A stretch of 64,000 bases of DNA, taken from IMG/VR virus record IMGVR_UViG_3300029798_000001; one strand, 5' to 3'. The DNA is from a virus (taxonomy: Duplodnaviria; Caudoviricetes). Of this stretch, positions 1 through 9,056 are shown in pieces (positions within the stretch are counted from its first letter, which is position 1; each line of letters starts with the position of its first letter). The position numbers were made by a program, and so were the translations under genes. A model generated the notes under the pieces. It searched no databases, had not been told where the DNA came from, and saw only the letters and a program-made list of their open reading frames with translations.

Positions 1-1
1 A

Positions 2-577
2 TTTAATAGCCCCGGTGTTCCAGACGAAGACTACGGTCTTGAGCGTGAAAGCGTTATGCACGGTGACTATGCTGAAGAAGCTCGCGATCCACATAGTGTA
101 GACGGCGGAATGAAAAATCCGTTAATCCAGGACGAAGATGAGGTCGACGAAGAAATATCAGATGAAATTAAAGCAATGGGCCGCAATATCATGGCAGGTC
201 CTGGTCCTGGCACGATCGAACTCACGGGAGCTTATGGATCTCCTGCAGCTATAGAAATGGGTAAAAATATTTTAGGTTGGCCAGGCGAAGTTAGCACAAC
301 CCCGGTGCCTGGTGCAAAACCTGGTGCTCCTGCTATGAAAGATATGGGCTCAGTAGTTCCGGCTAATCCTACAGCATTACCTAAACCAACAGGTAGTAGT
401 GGCGGCACCGGTGCAGATTTACCTAAAGGTATGTTAGGCGGTCCTACAACACCGGTGAATGAAAAAGAAAGTCCACTTGCCGGACAGTATGGACACAGTG
501 GTAAAATGAAAGAGGTTGGAAAAGAAACCTCATTCCTAGATCGCCTAAAAGAACTTTCTGGAATGGTCCGCCACTAA
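2..577 (+). CDS. 3' part of an acidic, Pro/Gly-rich hypothetical protein, truncated by the window start
   Basis: The frame is open from base 2 (FNSPGVPDEDYGLERESVM...) into track ORF 56..577. No recognisable motif. Confidence 0.6.
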   Translation, partial: FNSPGVPDEDYGLERESVMHGDYAEEARDPHSVDGGMKNPLIQDEDEVDEEISDEIKAMGRNIMAGPGPGTIELTGAYGSPAAIEMGKNILGWPGEVSTTPVPGAKPGAPAMKDMGSVVPANPTALPKPTGSSGGTGADLPKGMLGGPTTPVNEKESPLAGQYGHSGKMKEVGKETSFLDRLKELSGMVRH

Positions 578-611
578 TTCAACAATTAGAACAACCGCGA
601 GATAAATATAC

Positions 612-640
612 TTGACGCTGACAAATAAAGCGTGTACACT
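612..640 (+). promoter_or_regulatory. Sigma70-type promoter for gp32
   Basis: TTGACG(612-617)-17 nt-TACACT(635-640), preceded by a late-type ATAAATA at 602-608. Confidence 0.6.
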
Positions 641-662
641 ACACAAGTGAATACGCTTTTTT
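627..662 (+). terminator. Probable intrinsic terminator of the upstream gene, overlapping the gp32 promoter
   Basis: AAAGCGT(627-633)/ACGCTTT(653-659) stem with an inner CAC/GTG pair, followed by a T-run. Confidence 0.45.
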
Positions 663-700
663 CTTTTGTATCACAGGCAACTTAACCTTATTGGTAGTAA

Positions 701-730
701 ACACTGACAGCAGAGTGTATAATCAGCTGT
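701..730 (+). promoter_or_regulatory. Putative H-type RNA pseudoknot in the gp32 leader (autogenous operator)
   Basis: S1 ACACT(701-705)/AGTGT(714-718); 1-nt L1; S2 ACAGC(707-711)/GCTGT(726-730); followed by AU-rich repeats up to the RBS. Confidence 0.6.
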
Positions 731-794
731 AAGGCAACTATTTAAATCATGTATTTAAATCAACATTTTAATCAACTTAGAAAGGCAACATAAA

Positions 795-1778
795 ATGGCT
801 AGTCTCTCAGAAATTCGTGCTCGTTTAGCACAATCAGAAAACAAACAAGGTGGACAATCACAATTCAGCGGTGATAATGCAATTTACCCACATTGGTCCA
901 TGGATGAAGGTTCTTCAGCAACATTACGATTCCTCCCAGACGGTAATACAAAAAATACATTCTTTTGGCAAGAGCGAGCTCAAATTCGACTCCCGTTCAA
1001 CGGAATCAAAGGCGAGATGGAATCTAAACAAGTCATCGTGCCTGTTCCTTGCGTAGAAATGTATGGCGAAGTTTGCCCAGTTCTTACAGAAGTTCGCACT
1101 TGGTTCAAAGACAAGAGTCTTGAAGAAATGGGTCGTAAGTATTGGAAAAAACGTTCATACATTTTCCAAGGCTTTGTTCGTGAAAACCCAATTGGTGACG
1201 ACAAGGCTCCAGCAAATCCCATCAGAAGATTTATTATCGGACCACAAATCTTTACCTTGATCAAAGGTGCATTGATGGATCCAGAATTGGAAGAATTGCC
1301 AACAGATTTACTGCGTGGCCTAGACTTCCGTATTAGCAAGACTGCCAAAGGTGGCTTTGCTGACTACTCTAGTTCTAAGTGGGCTCGCAAAGAATCAGCA
1401 CTTACAGAAGCTGAACAAGCGGCAATCGCCGAACACGGGTTGTTTGATCTTTCAACATTCTTGCCTAAGAAACCAGGCGAAGTTGAGCTCAAGGTTATTA
1501 AAGAAATGTTTGAAGCGTCAGTTGATGGTCAGAGTTACGACACAGAGCGTTGGGGTCAGTATTTCCGCCCAGCAGGTGTTAATGCTCCGGCAGGTGCGGC
1601 TACACCAGCACCAGCAGTAACCGATGTTGATGATGTTCCTGCAGCTAAACCGGCTCCGGTAGCTTCAAGTTTTGATGATGAGGAACCAGCAGTTGCGGCA
1701 GCACCTGTTACGGCTAAACCATCGTCAGATAAAGCTCAAGATATTTTAGCAATGATCAGGGCCCGTCAAAAAGCCTAA
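795..1778 (+). CDS. gp32: T4 gp32-like single-stranded DNA-binding protein
   Basis: LRFLPDG, CVEM...CPV, YWKKRSY, G.DFRI.K and GGFADYSSSKW motifs; acidic/Ala-Pro C-terminal tail. Confidence 0.9.
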   Translation: MASLSEIRARLAQSENKQGGQSQFSGDNAIYPHWSMDEGSSATLRFLPDGNTKNTFFWQERAQIRLPFNGIKGEMESKQVIVPVPCVEMYGEVCPVLTEVRTWFKDKSLEEMGRKYWKKRSYIFQGFVRENPIGDDKAPANPIRRFIIGPQIFTLIKGALMDPELEELPTDLLRGLDFRISKTAKGGFADYSSSKWARKESALTEAEQAAIAEHGLFDLSTFLPKKPGEVELKVIKEMFEASVDGQSYDTERWGQYFRPAGVNAPAGAATPAPAVTDVDDVPAAKPAPVASSFDDEEPAVAAAPVTAKPSSDKAQDILAMIRARQKA

Positions 1779-1781
1779 GTA

Positions 1782-2438
1782 ATGTTATCGCATTTAGATC
1801 GCATTATATTTCCAGACCGCTGTGAGGTAATAGAAGTTATACCGTCACAGCGGTATGTCTATCCTATTTTTAAAAATGGTAGATCAAGTTTATCTGAGGC
1901 TGCCGACAAGAATAATTGGCGGATTAGAATAAATAATCAAATTAAAAAAATTGATAGTATCGATGTAATTTTAAGAGATCCGCAAGACCGGTTAATTTCT
2001 GGAATCAATACCTTTATTCAAATGATCATTAGAGATAATCCGAGTCTCGATAAAAATACCGTGCAATGGTTCGCTCAAAATTATTTATATTTAAATCGGC
2101 ACTACTGTTCACAGTTTGTTTGGTTGGTAAATTTAGCAAGATATTTAAATATTGATGCAAAATTAAATTTCCTATCAATGGCTGATATTAATACAATTAC
2201 TATACTTAATAAACAACCGGTAGCTATATCTGCTACTAATGAGTTAGTTGCACAAATTAATCAAATACAAAATAATGAAATGTATCAACGAATCGACACA
2301 GTTATATTTAATTCTATTGGTCAATCAATGACCTTTAGAGAATTAATACAACATATTAAAAATACCGATCTAGCAGCTCACGAATATGTGATTGGGTATG
2401 CACAACAAATTTTAAAGCCAATTAATGCATTGTCCTAG
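1782..2438 (+). CDS. Sulfotransferase family 2-like protein
   Basis: YPIFKNGRSSL resembles the 5'-PSB loop; LRDPQDRLISG resembles the 3'-PB motif. Confidence 0.55.
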   Translation: MLSHLDRIIFPDRCEVIEVIPSQRYVYPIFKNGRSSLSEAADKNNWRIRINNQIKKIDSIDVILRDPQDRLISGINTFIQMIIRDNPSLDKNTVQWFAQNYLYLNRHYCSQFVWLVNLARYLNIDAKLNFLSMADINTITILNKQPVAISATNELVAQINQIQNNEMYQRIDTVIFNSIGQSMTFRELIQHIKNTDLAAHEYVIGYAQQILKPINALS

Positions 2439-3300
2439 ACTAGATCACTTTGTTCGCTTTAATCACAACGGTACAGTTAGTCGGTGTGGACACATGGTCA
2501 ATCCACCTGAGTTTGACTCATTGTTGGACATGGAATCGAGTATATGGTTGGCAAAAACCAAAGAAAAGATGTCAAACAATCACTGGCCCACGGAATGTGT
2601 CAGATGTCACCAAACCGAACCCGATAGCATAAGAGAGTATGCTATAAAATTAAATAATCAAACAGCACAGCAAGATTATCTACAAGTAGGGGGTGTATTA
2701 GATAATTTATGTAATGCCGCTTGTCAAACTTGTAATGAAAATTTAAGTAGTAGAATAGGTAGTCTAAATGGTCCTGGATTTCCAATAATTAATAATCTCG
2801 GTCAATTTTATAATTTGCCACAAGAGCGAATTGTCCACTTAGATGTCAACGGCGGCGAACCTAGTTATAGTAAAAACTATAAGAAAATTTTATCTAACTT
2901 ACCACCCAATTTAAAAACACTTAGACTGAATACAAATTGTAGCACAGTATTAACTGAGTTAGTTAATATAGCCAATCAAGGCATTGAAGTTACCGTTACA
3001 GTTAGTTGTGACGGAATAGGATCAGTTCATGATTTTGTGCGTTGGCCAATACCATGGCAAGACTTTTATAATAATTTAATGACTTATAAAACAATGCCAG
3101 TAAACTTAAATTTATGGACAACAGTTAGTATTTTAAATGTCGACGATTTACCTAATATTCAAAAGTTTGCCCAAGAGCATAATATTGATCACAGTTACGC
3201 CTATTTAAAATCGCCATTTGAGTTGAGTGTCGATAATACTGATGCTGGTGCCAGAGAAGCATACATACAAAAACAAAAACAACTTAGGGGTATATTATGA
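2425..3300 (+). CDS. Radical SAM protein with N-terminal twitch/SPASM-like Cys cluster
   Basis: CNAACQTC (CxxxCxxC), NGGEP; N-terminal C...SRCGH...CVRC. Confidence 0.85.
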   Translation: MHCPRLDHFVRFNHNGTVSRCGHMVNPPEFDSLLDMESSIWLAKTKEKMSNNHWPTECVRCHQTEPDSIREYAIKLNNQTAQQDYLQVGGVLDNLCNAACQTCNENLSSRIGSLNGPGFPIINNLGQFYNLPQERIVHLDVNGGEPSYSKNYKKILSNLPPNLKTLRLNTNCSTVLTELVNIANQGIEVTVTVSCDGIGSVHDFVRWPIPWQDFYNNLMTYKTMPVNLNLWTTVSILNVDDLPNIQKFAQEHNIDHSYAYLKSPFELSVDNTDAGAREAYIQKQKQLRGIL

Positions 3301-3872
3301 ATACAAATATATTTAAACCGTATCTAGAATTGAAATGCGATAATCTAGAAGTAATATCGGCTAACATTTACAAATTTTTACAAACCGAAACAGAATTAAC
3401 AACCAACGGTGCACTTGGTTGGCAATTTATTGACTGTAAAAAATTATTAAAAATGAATACAGAATTATTAAAATTTTTTATAGGGCATAAACTAGCACCA
3501 AAAGATGCAGCAGTTGTAATTTTAACAGAAACAGGACAACTTCCGTTACATATGGATGAATTACCAGTGACAGCAAAAATTAATATGCCGGTAATTAATA
3601 CTAGCGGCTGGGTAAACCAATGGTATTCGATCAGCGAGGATGATTTAATAGATTGCCCAACGGTAATTAATCGATTCGGTAACAGTGTTGAGGATTTAAC
3701 AAATTTGCCAGCAGAAGCATTTACTCTGATAGCTGAAATACATAATTTAGATAAAGTAATAGCATTTAATTCAAGGATTCCTCATGTTGTAAACAAAACT
3801 ACAGCCACTATAACTCCTCGGATTATAGCTACTTTTACATTTCATAATGAACCACTGGAGTTATTAAAATAA
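3297..3872 (+). CDS. Putative cupin/2OG-Fe(II) oxygenase-fold protein
   Basis: LPLHMD (HxD), KINMPV and a distal RIPHVVN histidine. Confidence 0.45.
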   Translation: MNTNIFKPYLELKCDNLEVISANIYKFLQTETELTTNGALGWQFIDCKKLLKMNTELLKFFIGHKLAPKDAAVVILTETGQLPLHMDELPVTAKINMPVINTSGWVNQWYSISEDDLIDCPTVINRFGNSVEDLTNLPAEAFTLIAEIHNLDKVIAFNSRIPHVVNKTTATITPRIIATFTFHNEPLELLK

Positions 3873-4408
3873 AAATTGCAATCACCGGGCATACTGCTGG
3901 TATTGGGGAAGCTCTTGCCCGGGCATATAGTATTGATGGTCACGAAATTGTTGGATTGAGCAACCGCGAAGGCAATAATATTCGTAACACACTTAAAATT
4001 TGTAACCAAATTGAACCATGCGATGTTTTTGTTAATAACGCACAAGCTGGATATGCACAAACAGAATTATTATTCGAAATGGTCACTCGCTGGCAAGGAA
4101 CAAAAAAACATATTATTGTAATTAGCACTATGATGACACAAGAACCAGTATCATCAATTTCCGAATTAGTTACGGATCATTATCGTGTGCAAAAAGTTGC
4201 CTTAGAAGAAGCAGTGCATCAAATACGACATCGCCGACTTGGAGTAACAATTACTATAGTTCGTCCTGGTAATATAGCTACTAGTCTAGATAAAACTGTA
4301 CCACCAGCCGCGGATGTTAACAATTGGGCAAGAACATTATTGGATTTAGTTGATATGGCCAATAACAATAATTTAGTAATACCAGATATATCATTAGGAG
4401 CACTATGA
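3869..4408 (+). CDS. Short-chain dehydrogenase/reductase-like protein, apparent ATA start
   Basis: The in-frame extension upstream of track start 3956 reads (I)KIAITGHTAGIGEALA, a Rossmann Gly motif; GGAG at 3857-3860; YxxxK as YRVQK; NNAQ. Confidence 0.75.
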   Translation: MKIAITGHTAGIGEALARAYSIDGHEIVGLSNREGNNIRNTLKICNQIEPCDVFVNNAQAGYAQTELLFEMVTRWQGTKKHIIVISTMMTQEPVSSISELVTDHYRVQKVALEEAVHQIRHRRLGVTITIVRPGNIATSLDKTVPPAADVNNWARTLLDLVDMANNNNLVIPDISLGAL

Positions 4409-4953
4409 AAATAGCAATTACAGGACATACTCGCGGACTTGGAGCAGAATTTAAAAAAACATACGAAGCCGATGGCCACACAGTATTAGGATTTAGTCGT
4501 GGTAATGGATACGATCTAAGAGATTGGAGCATGATGCAAAAAATGTTGTCGCAAATCAACGACTGCGATATGTTTATTAGCTGTGCTAAACCTGATTTTG
4601 TACAAACAACTATTTTATATGAGTTATGGAAACAGTGGAACGGACAAAATAAAGTTATTATAAATATTAGTTCTATTTTAACATATTTGCCAACTTGTAC
4701 GCCTGATTTATTTAATGACCCGATGATGGATTTATATCGCACATCAAAATTATCGTTAAACGAAGCTAGTACGCAACTGGCGTTTAAAAGCCACCTGCCT
4801 AAAATTATGTTAATAAAACCCGGGCATTTATACAATCGGCCTATAACAACAGAGCAACAATTAAAACTATCTACATGGGTTAGTACTTTTAAATCTATAG
4901 TAGAATTAGCACAACAAAACAAGTTAATCATAAAAGAACTTACACTAGCATAA
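4405..4953 (+). CDS. SDR-like protein, tandem paralog of the previous gene
   Basis: MKIAITGHTRGLG, IINISS, YRTSK. Confidence 0.8.
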   Translation: MKIAITGHTRGLGAEFKKTYEADGHTVLGFSRGNGYDLRDWSMMQKMLSQINDCDMFISCAKPDFVQTTILYELWKQWNGQNKVIINISSILTYLPTCTPDLFNDPMMDLYRTSKLSLNEASTQLAFKSHLPKIMLIKPGHLYNRPITTEQQLKLSTWVSTFKSIVELAQQNKLIIKELTLA

Positions 4954-6113
4954 TGACACCAAAAGAATATTTAACTAAAAAAAGTTTTTGTACTTTGCCA
5001 TGGTTGGGAGTTTATATACAGCCCGATGGAGGTGTACGAAATTGTGCTATTACAAAAACAACTATAGGTAATATAAACACACAACCATTGATTGATATAT
5101 TACACAATGATGTTAATCAAAATATTAAAAAAGATATGTTAGAGGATGTATTACATGAAAGATGTAGTCACTGCCATGGATTGGAAAAAAATCAAAAATT
5201 TAGTGTAAACTCGATTAGTAATCGAGTTTGGTATTTAAAAACATTAACTATTAAAGATTTGGATTTTTTTGACAAAACTGAAAACTATCGATTAAAAATG
5301 TTAGATCTTCGTTGGAAAAATACCTGTAACTTTGCTTGTATATATTGTGGTCCTGATTTAAGTAGCTCGTGGGCAAACGAATTAAATCTGCCACAACATA
5401 TAAACGATACTGCATTACAACAATCGTTGGATTACATTTACGATAATCTTAGCACAGTGGATCACATTTATTTGGCTGGCGGAGAGCCATTGATGATTAA
5501 AGAAAATTTAGTATTATTAACTCGAATTAAAAAAATTAATCCCGAAGTAGAAATACGAATTAACACTAATTTAAGTTTAATTAATAATGAAATTTATAAT
5601 TTGCTTAAGACATTTAAAAATGTACATTGGACAGTTAGTGTTGATGGCATTGGATCAGAATTTGAATATGTTCGATACGGCGGAGTCTGGAGTCAGTTTG
5701 TTACAAATTTACAACAATTGCAACAGGATTTTGAAAAAATTAATTTTAATTCTACTTGGTGTATTTTAACAGCCCACGGTGTTTTAGATTGTATAGATTT
5801 TTTACAAAATTTAGGATTCCATGAAAATTGTTTTATTGTAAATCCGTTGGATGATCCTAAGGTATGGCATGTAGGACATTTGCCCAATTTAGCATTATCA
5901 AAACTTAGTGATAGAATTAAGAGCAAATTGACCGGGGCTAACACTAACTATTCTCTTTACAATTCGTTGACTTTAATGTTAAACTATATATCAACGCCGA
6001 TTGAAAAAAATATTAAAGCAACATTTAATGAATTAACCAAAATTGATTTAAGAAGAAAATTAGACAGCAGTAAGATTTTTACAGAATTATATAAACTTAA
6101 AGAAGGAAAATAA
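4953..6113 (+). CDS. Radical SAM protein with N-terminal twitch domain
   Basis: FCTLPW...DGGVRNC...CSHC, then CNFACIYC, LAGGEP, INTN, SVDG. Confidence 0.9.
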   Translation: MTPKEYLTKKSFCTLPWLGVYIQPDGGVRNCAITKTTIGNINTQPLIDILHNDVNQNIKKDMLEDVLHERCSHCHGLEKNQKFSVNSISNRVWYLKTLTIKDLDFFDKTENYRLKMLDLRWKNTCNFACIYCGPDLSSSWANELNLPQHINDTALQQSLDYIYDNLSTVDHIYLAGGEPLMIKENLVLLTRIKKINPEVEIRINTNLSLINNEIYNLLKTFKNVHWTVSVDGIGSEFEYVRYGGVWSQFVTNLQQLQQDFEKINFNSTWCILTAHGVLDCIDFLQNLGFHENCFIVNPLDDPKVWHVGHLPNLALSKLSDRIKSKLTGANTNYSLYNSLTLMLNYISTPIEKNIKATFNELTKIDLRRKLDSSKIFTELYKLKEGK

Positions 6114-6115
6114 CC

Positions 6116-7174
6116 GTGGCAAAACCATTTGACATATCAAAGTTCCGCAAGGACATTACAAAAAGTATCGAAGGCCTAAGCATTGGATTCAATGATCCAA
6201 CCGATTGGATCTCAACAGGCAACTTTGCCTTGAATTATCTTATTAGTGGAGATTTTAATCGAGGTATTCCGTTGGGCAAGATTACAGTGTTTGCTGGTGA
6301 GTCTGGTGCAGGTAAATCCTACATCTGTTCCGGTAATATTGTTAAGAATGCACAAGAGCAAGGCATCTTTGTTATCCTAGTCGACACAGAAAATGCACTT
6401 GACGAAACATGGCTCCATGCCCTGGGAGTAGACACAAGTGCAGAAAAATTACTTAAACTAAACATGAGCATGATTGATGATGTGGCCAAGGCTATTTCAA
6501 CTTTTATGATTGACTATAAAGCATTACCCGACGGCGAACGCATGAAAGTGTTGTGGGTTATTGACTCCTTGGGTATGTTATTAACTCCAACCGATGTTAA
6601 TCAATTCGAAGCAGGTGATATGAAGGGTGATATGGGCCGTAAACCTAAAGCACTTACAAGTCTTGTTCGTAATTCCGTTAACATGTTCGGTGGCTACAAT
6701 GTAGGCATGGTATGTACCAATCACACATACGCTTCACAAGACATGTTCGATCCAGATGACAAGATTAGTGGTGGACAAGGTTTTATCTATGCTAGTAGTA
6801 TTGTGGTTGCAATGAAGAAGATGAAACTTAAAGAAGACGAAGATGGAAACAAGATTTCTGAAGTTATGGGTATCCGTGCTGGTTGTAAGGTAATGAAAAC
6901 CCGTTACGCAAAACCGTTTGAAGGTATGCAGGTTAAAATTCCTTATGAAACAGGTATGAATCCCTACAGTGGACTAACTGATCTTGCAGAGAAAAAAGGT
7001 ATTCTTAAGAAAGATGGCAATCGTTTGATGTTTGTTACCAGCGACGGTGAAATTATTAAACAATTCCGCAAGGCTTGGGAAGCAAACGACGACGGTTGTC
7101 TAGACAAAGTGATGTTAGATTTTAAAAATCAACGCGAAACGGTAAGTACTGAAGACACAGCATCGGAGGAATAA
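6116..7174 (+). CDS. uvsX: UvsX/RecA-family recombinase
   Basis: ISTGNFALN, Walker A GESGAGKS, DTENA, VIDSLG, SGGQGFIYASS. GTG start. Confidence 0.92.
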   Translation: MAKPFDISKFRKDITKSIEGLSIGFNDPTDWISTGNFALNYLISGDFNRGIPLGKITVFAGESGAGKSYICSGNIVKNAQEQGIFVILVDTENALDETWLHALGVDTSAEKLLKLNMSMIDDVAKAISTFMIDYKALPDGERMKVLWVIDSLGMLLTPTDVNQFEAGDMKGDMGRKPKALTSLVRNSVNMFGGYNVGMVCTNHTYASQDMFDPDDKISGGQGFIYASSIVVAMKKMKLKEDEDGNKISEVMGIRAGCKVMKTRYAKPFEGMQVKIPYETGMNPYSGLTDLAEKKGILKKDGNRLMFVTSDGEIIKQFRKAWEANDDGCLDKVMLDFKNQRETVSTEDTASEE

Positions 7175-7176
7175 TA

Positions 7177-7431
7177 ATGTCAGTAGAATTAGCAAACGAA
7201 ATTTGGTCGGAACTTAAACGATATGTTAACACAGTAGATCGTGCCGACGCGGCAGAGACAGTGGTTAGTGTATTAATTGATAATGATGTTAGTGCAGATG
7301 ATATTAAGTTAGCCTTTAAAAGCGACAGCGATATTAAAAAAGCACTAACAAGTTATCTTAAAGATCACGAAGACGAACACGATGATGACGATTTGCACGA
7401 CGACGATGACGAGGACGAGGAGTATTACTAG
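7177..7431 (+). CDS. Small hypothetical protein with a very acidic C-terminus
   Basis: ORF track; GGAGG RBS; Asp/Glu tail. Confidence 0.7.
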   Translation: MSVELANEIWSELKRYVNTVDRADAAETVVSVLIDNDVSADDIKLAFKSDSDIKKALTSYLKDHEDEHDDDDLHDDDDEDEEYY

Positions 7432-7433
7432 GC

Positions 7434-8591
7434 ATGAGTTTTCCATCTGATGACTTTTACTGTAATCAAAAATTTAATTGGTTGTCAGTTGATCTTGAAA
7501 AAAGATTAACATATTCTTGTTGTGCTGCCGTTCCTGCTAAAATTGATGTATTGTGGCTTAACAAAAACCCTGGAAAACTTTTTAATACGCCTCAGCTAAT
7601 ACACGAGCGGCAGTTGATGCTTAATAATATTCCCGTCGCCAGTTGTAAAACTGCTTGTTGGGATCCGGAGCAACAGGGTCTAGTAAGTCGCCGTGCCCTA
7701 TGGAAAAGCAATATTAAAACACACAGTAATTTAGAGTCGCACCCGACAACATTAAACATTATTTTAGGATCTAACTGTAATTTAACTTGTTCGTATTGCG
7801 ATAAACAATATAGCACCTCGTGGTTGCAGGATATTAATAATGTCGGGCCATATCTCGATATTCCTAAATTTAAATTAACGCCAGTGGATCAGCTAATATT
7901 AAATATTAGTCAAAAAGAACATCAAGACTCACCCGGGTTTAACACATTAATTAATGAAATTGAATCATTTGATAATATAGATCAAATAATTATTACTGGC
8001 GGCGAGCCATTTTTATTTAATAATCTGCCCTCATTATTAAATAAGTTGCACACCGCCGCAAAGATTAGGGTATATACAGGTCTGGGCGTTAATACTACAC
8101 GGCTAAAAACCCAGCTTGACAAAATTAATAAAGTTGAAAATTTAACTATAGTTGTTAGTGCAGAGAATATTGGTAAATTTTATGAATTCAACAGATATGG
8201 AAATAGTTACGATAATTTTTGTAAAAATCTTAACTTGCTACGAGAGTACAAAGTTAATCTTAAGTTTAGCGCAGTAGTAAGTAATTTAACTATTTTTGGA
8301 TTAGTTGATTTTGTAGAGCAGTACGGTGACGAAAATATAATTTATCAGTTATGCAACGATCCAACATATCTAAAAGTTAATGTCCTAGATTTAACAAGTG
8401 TGGATAAGTTAATTCCTGCAATCAAATCAAGCAACATTTTAATTAAAGATGCGATTATACAAAATTTAAAAATCTCAAGCACAAAAGAACAACAGCAACA
8501 CTGTTCAATTTTTCTGAAAGAATTTGCTCGTAGGCGTAATTTAAATCTTGACATTTTCCCTCACAGTATGTTACAATGGTTAAATCTATAA
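7434..8591 (+). CDS. Radical SAM protein with N-terminal twitch domain
   Basis: YCNQKF...YSCC...CKTAC; CNLTCSYC; ITGGEP. Confidence 0.88.
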   Translation: MSFPSDDFYCNQKFNWLSVDLEKRLTYSCCAAVPAKIDVLWLNKNPGKLFNTPQLIHERQLMLNNIPVASCKTACWDPEQQGLVSRRALWKSNIKTHSNLESHPTTLNIILGSNCNLTCSYCDKQYSTSWLQDINNVGPYLDIPKFKLTPVDQLILNISQKEHQDSPGFNTLINEIESFDNIDQIIITGGEPFLFNNLPSLLNKLHTAAKIRVYTGLGVNTTRLKTQLDKINKVENLTIVVSAENIGKFYEFNRYGNSYDNFCKNLNLLREYKVNLKFSAVVSNLTIFGLVDFVEQYGDENIIYQLCNDPTYLKVNVLDLTSVDKLIPAIKSSNILIKDAIIQNLKISSTKEQQQHCSIFLKEFARRRNLNLDIFPHSMLQWLNL

Positions 8592-8600
8592 AGGATTAGA

Positions 8601-9056
8601 GTGATGTGGTATAGTAAAGTTGTAGCCGACCTAGGCAACATTCCTGATTTTATTTCTCATTACGAGATTGAACTCGATGAAGCTAAACGCGACTGTCGAG
8701 TCGGTGGGTTAATTGAAAAAAATATTACGGCCTTGCCTGGAATAACCGAGCATAGGTTTAATCAGCTACAAGAGATCGAAGCGGTATTAAATTATCTTAA
8801 TATTCAACTACGAAAAATTCGCCGTAAGCATTTTCAAAAGTATTTAGAAGGCTATGCTCGTGCTCTAACCAGTCGTGATGCTGAAAAGTATGTAGATGGT
8901 GAAGATGAAGTAATTGATTTTGAAACATTAATTAATGAAGTGGCGCTGTTGCGTAACCGGTTTTTAGGCATTCTCAAAGGTATGGAAAGTAAAAACTTTA
9001 TGCTCGGGCATATTGTAAGATTACGAGCCGCTGGTATGGAAGATGTCCAGGTATGA
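8601..9056 (+). CDS. uvsY: UvsY-like recombination mediator
   Basis: Helical 151-aa protein with RALTSRDAEKYVDGEDEV; position near uvsX and uvsW. Confidence 0.65.
   Translation: MMWYSKVVADLGNIPDFISHYEIELDEAKRDCRVGGLIEKNITALPGITEHRFNQLQEIEAVLNYLNIQLRKIRRKHFQKYLEGYARALTSRDAEKYVDGEDEVIDFETLINEVALLRNRFLGILKGMESKNFMLGHIVRLRAAGMEDVQV

Noticed and set aside
6116-7174. Inteins in UvsX, the DnaB-like helicase or NrdA (common sites)
   Set aside because: Lengths are normal and motifs are contiguous; no C...HN insertions.
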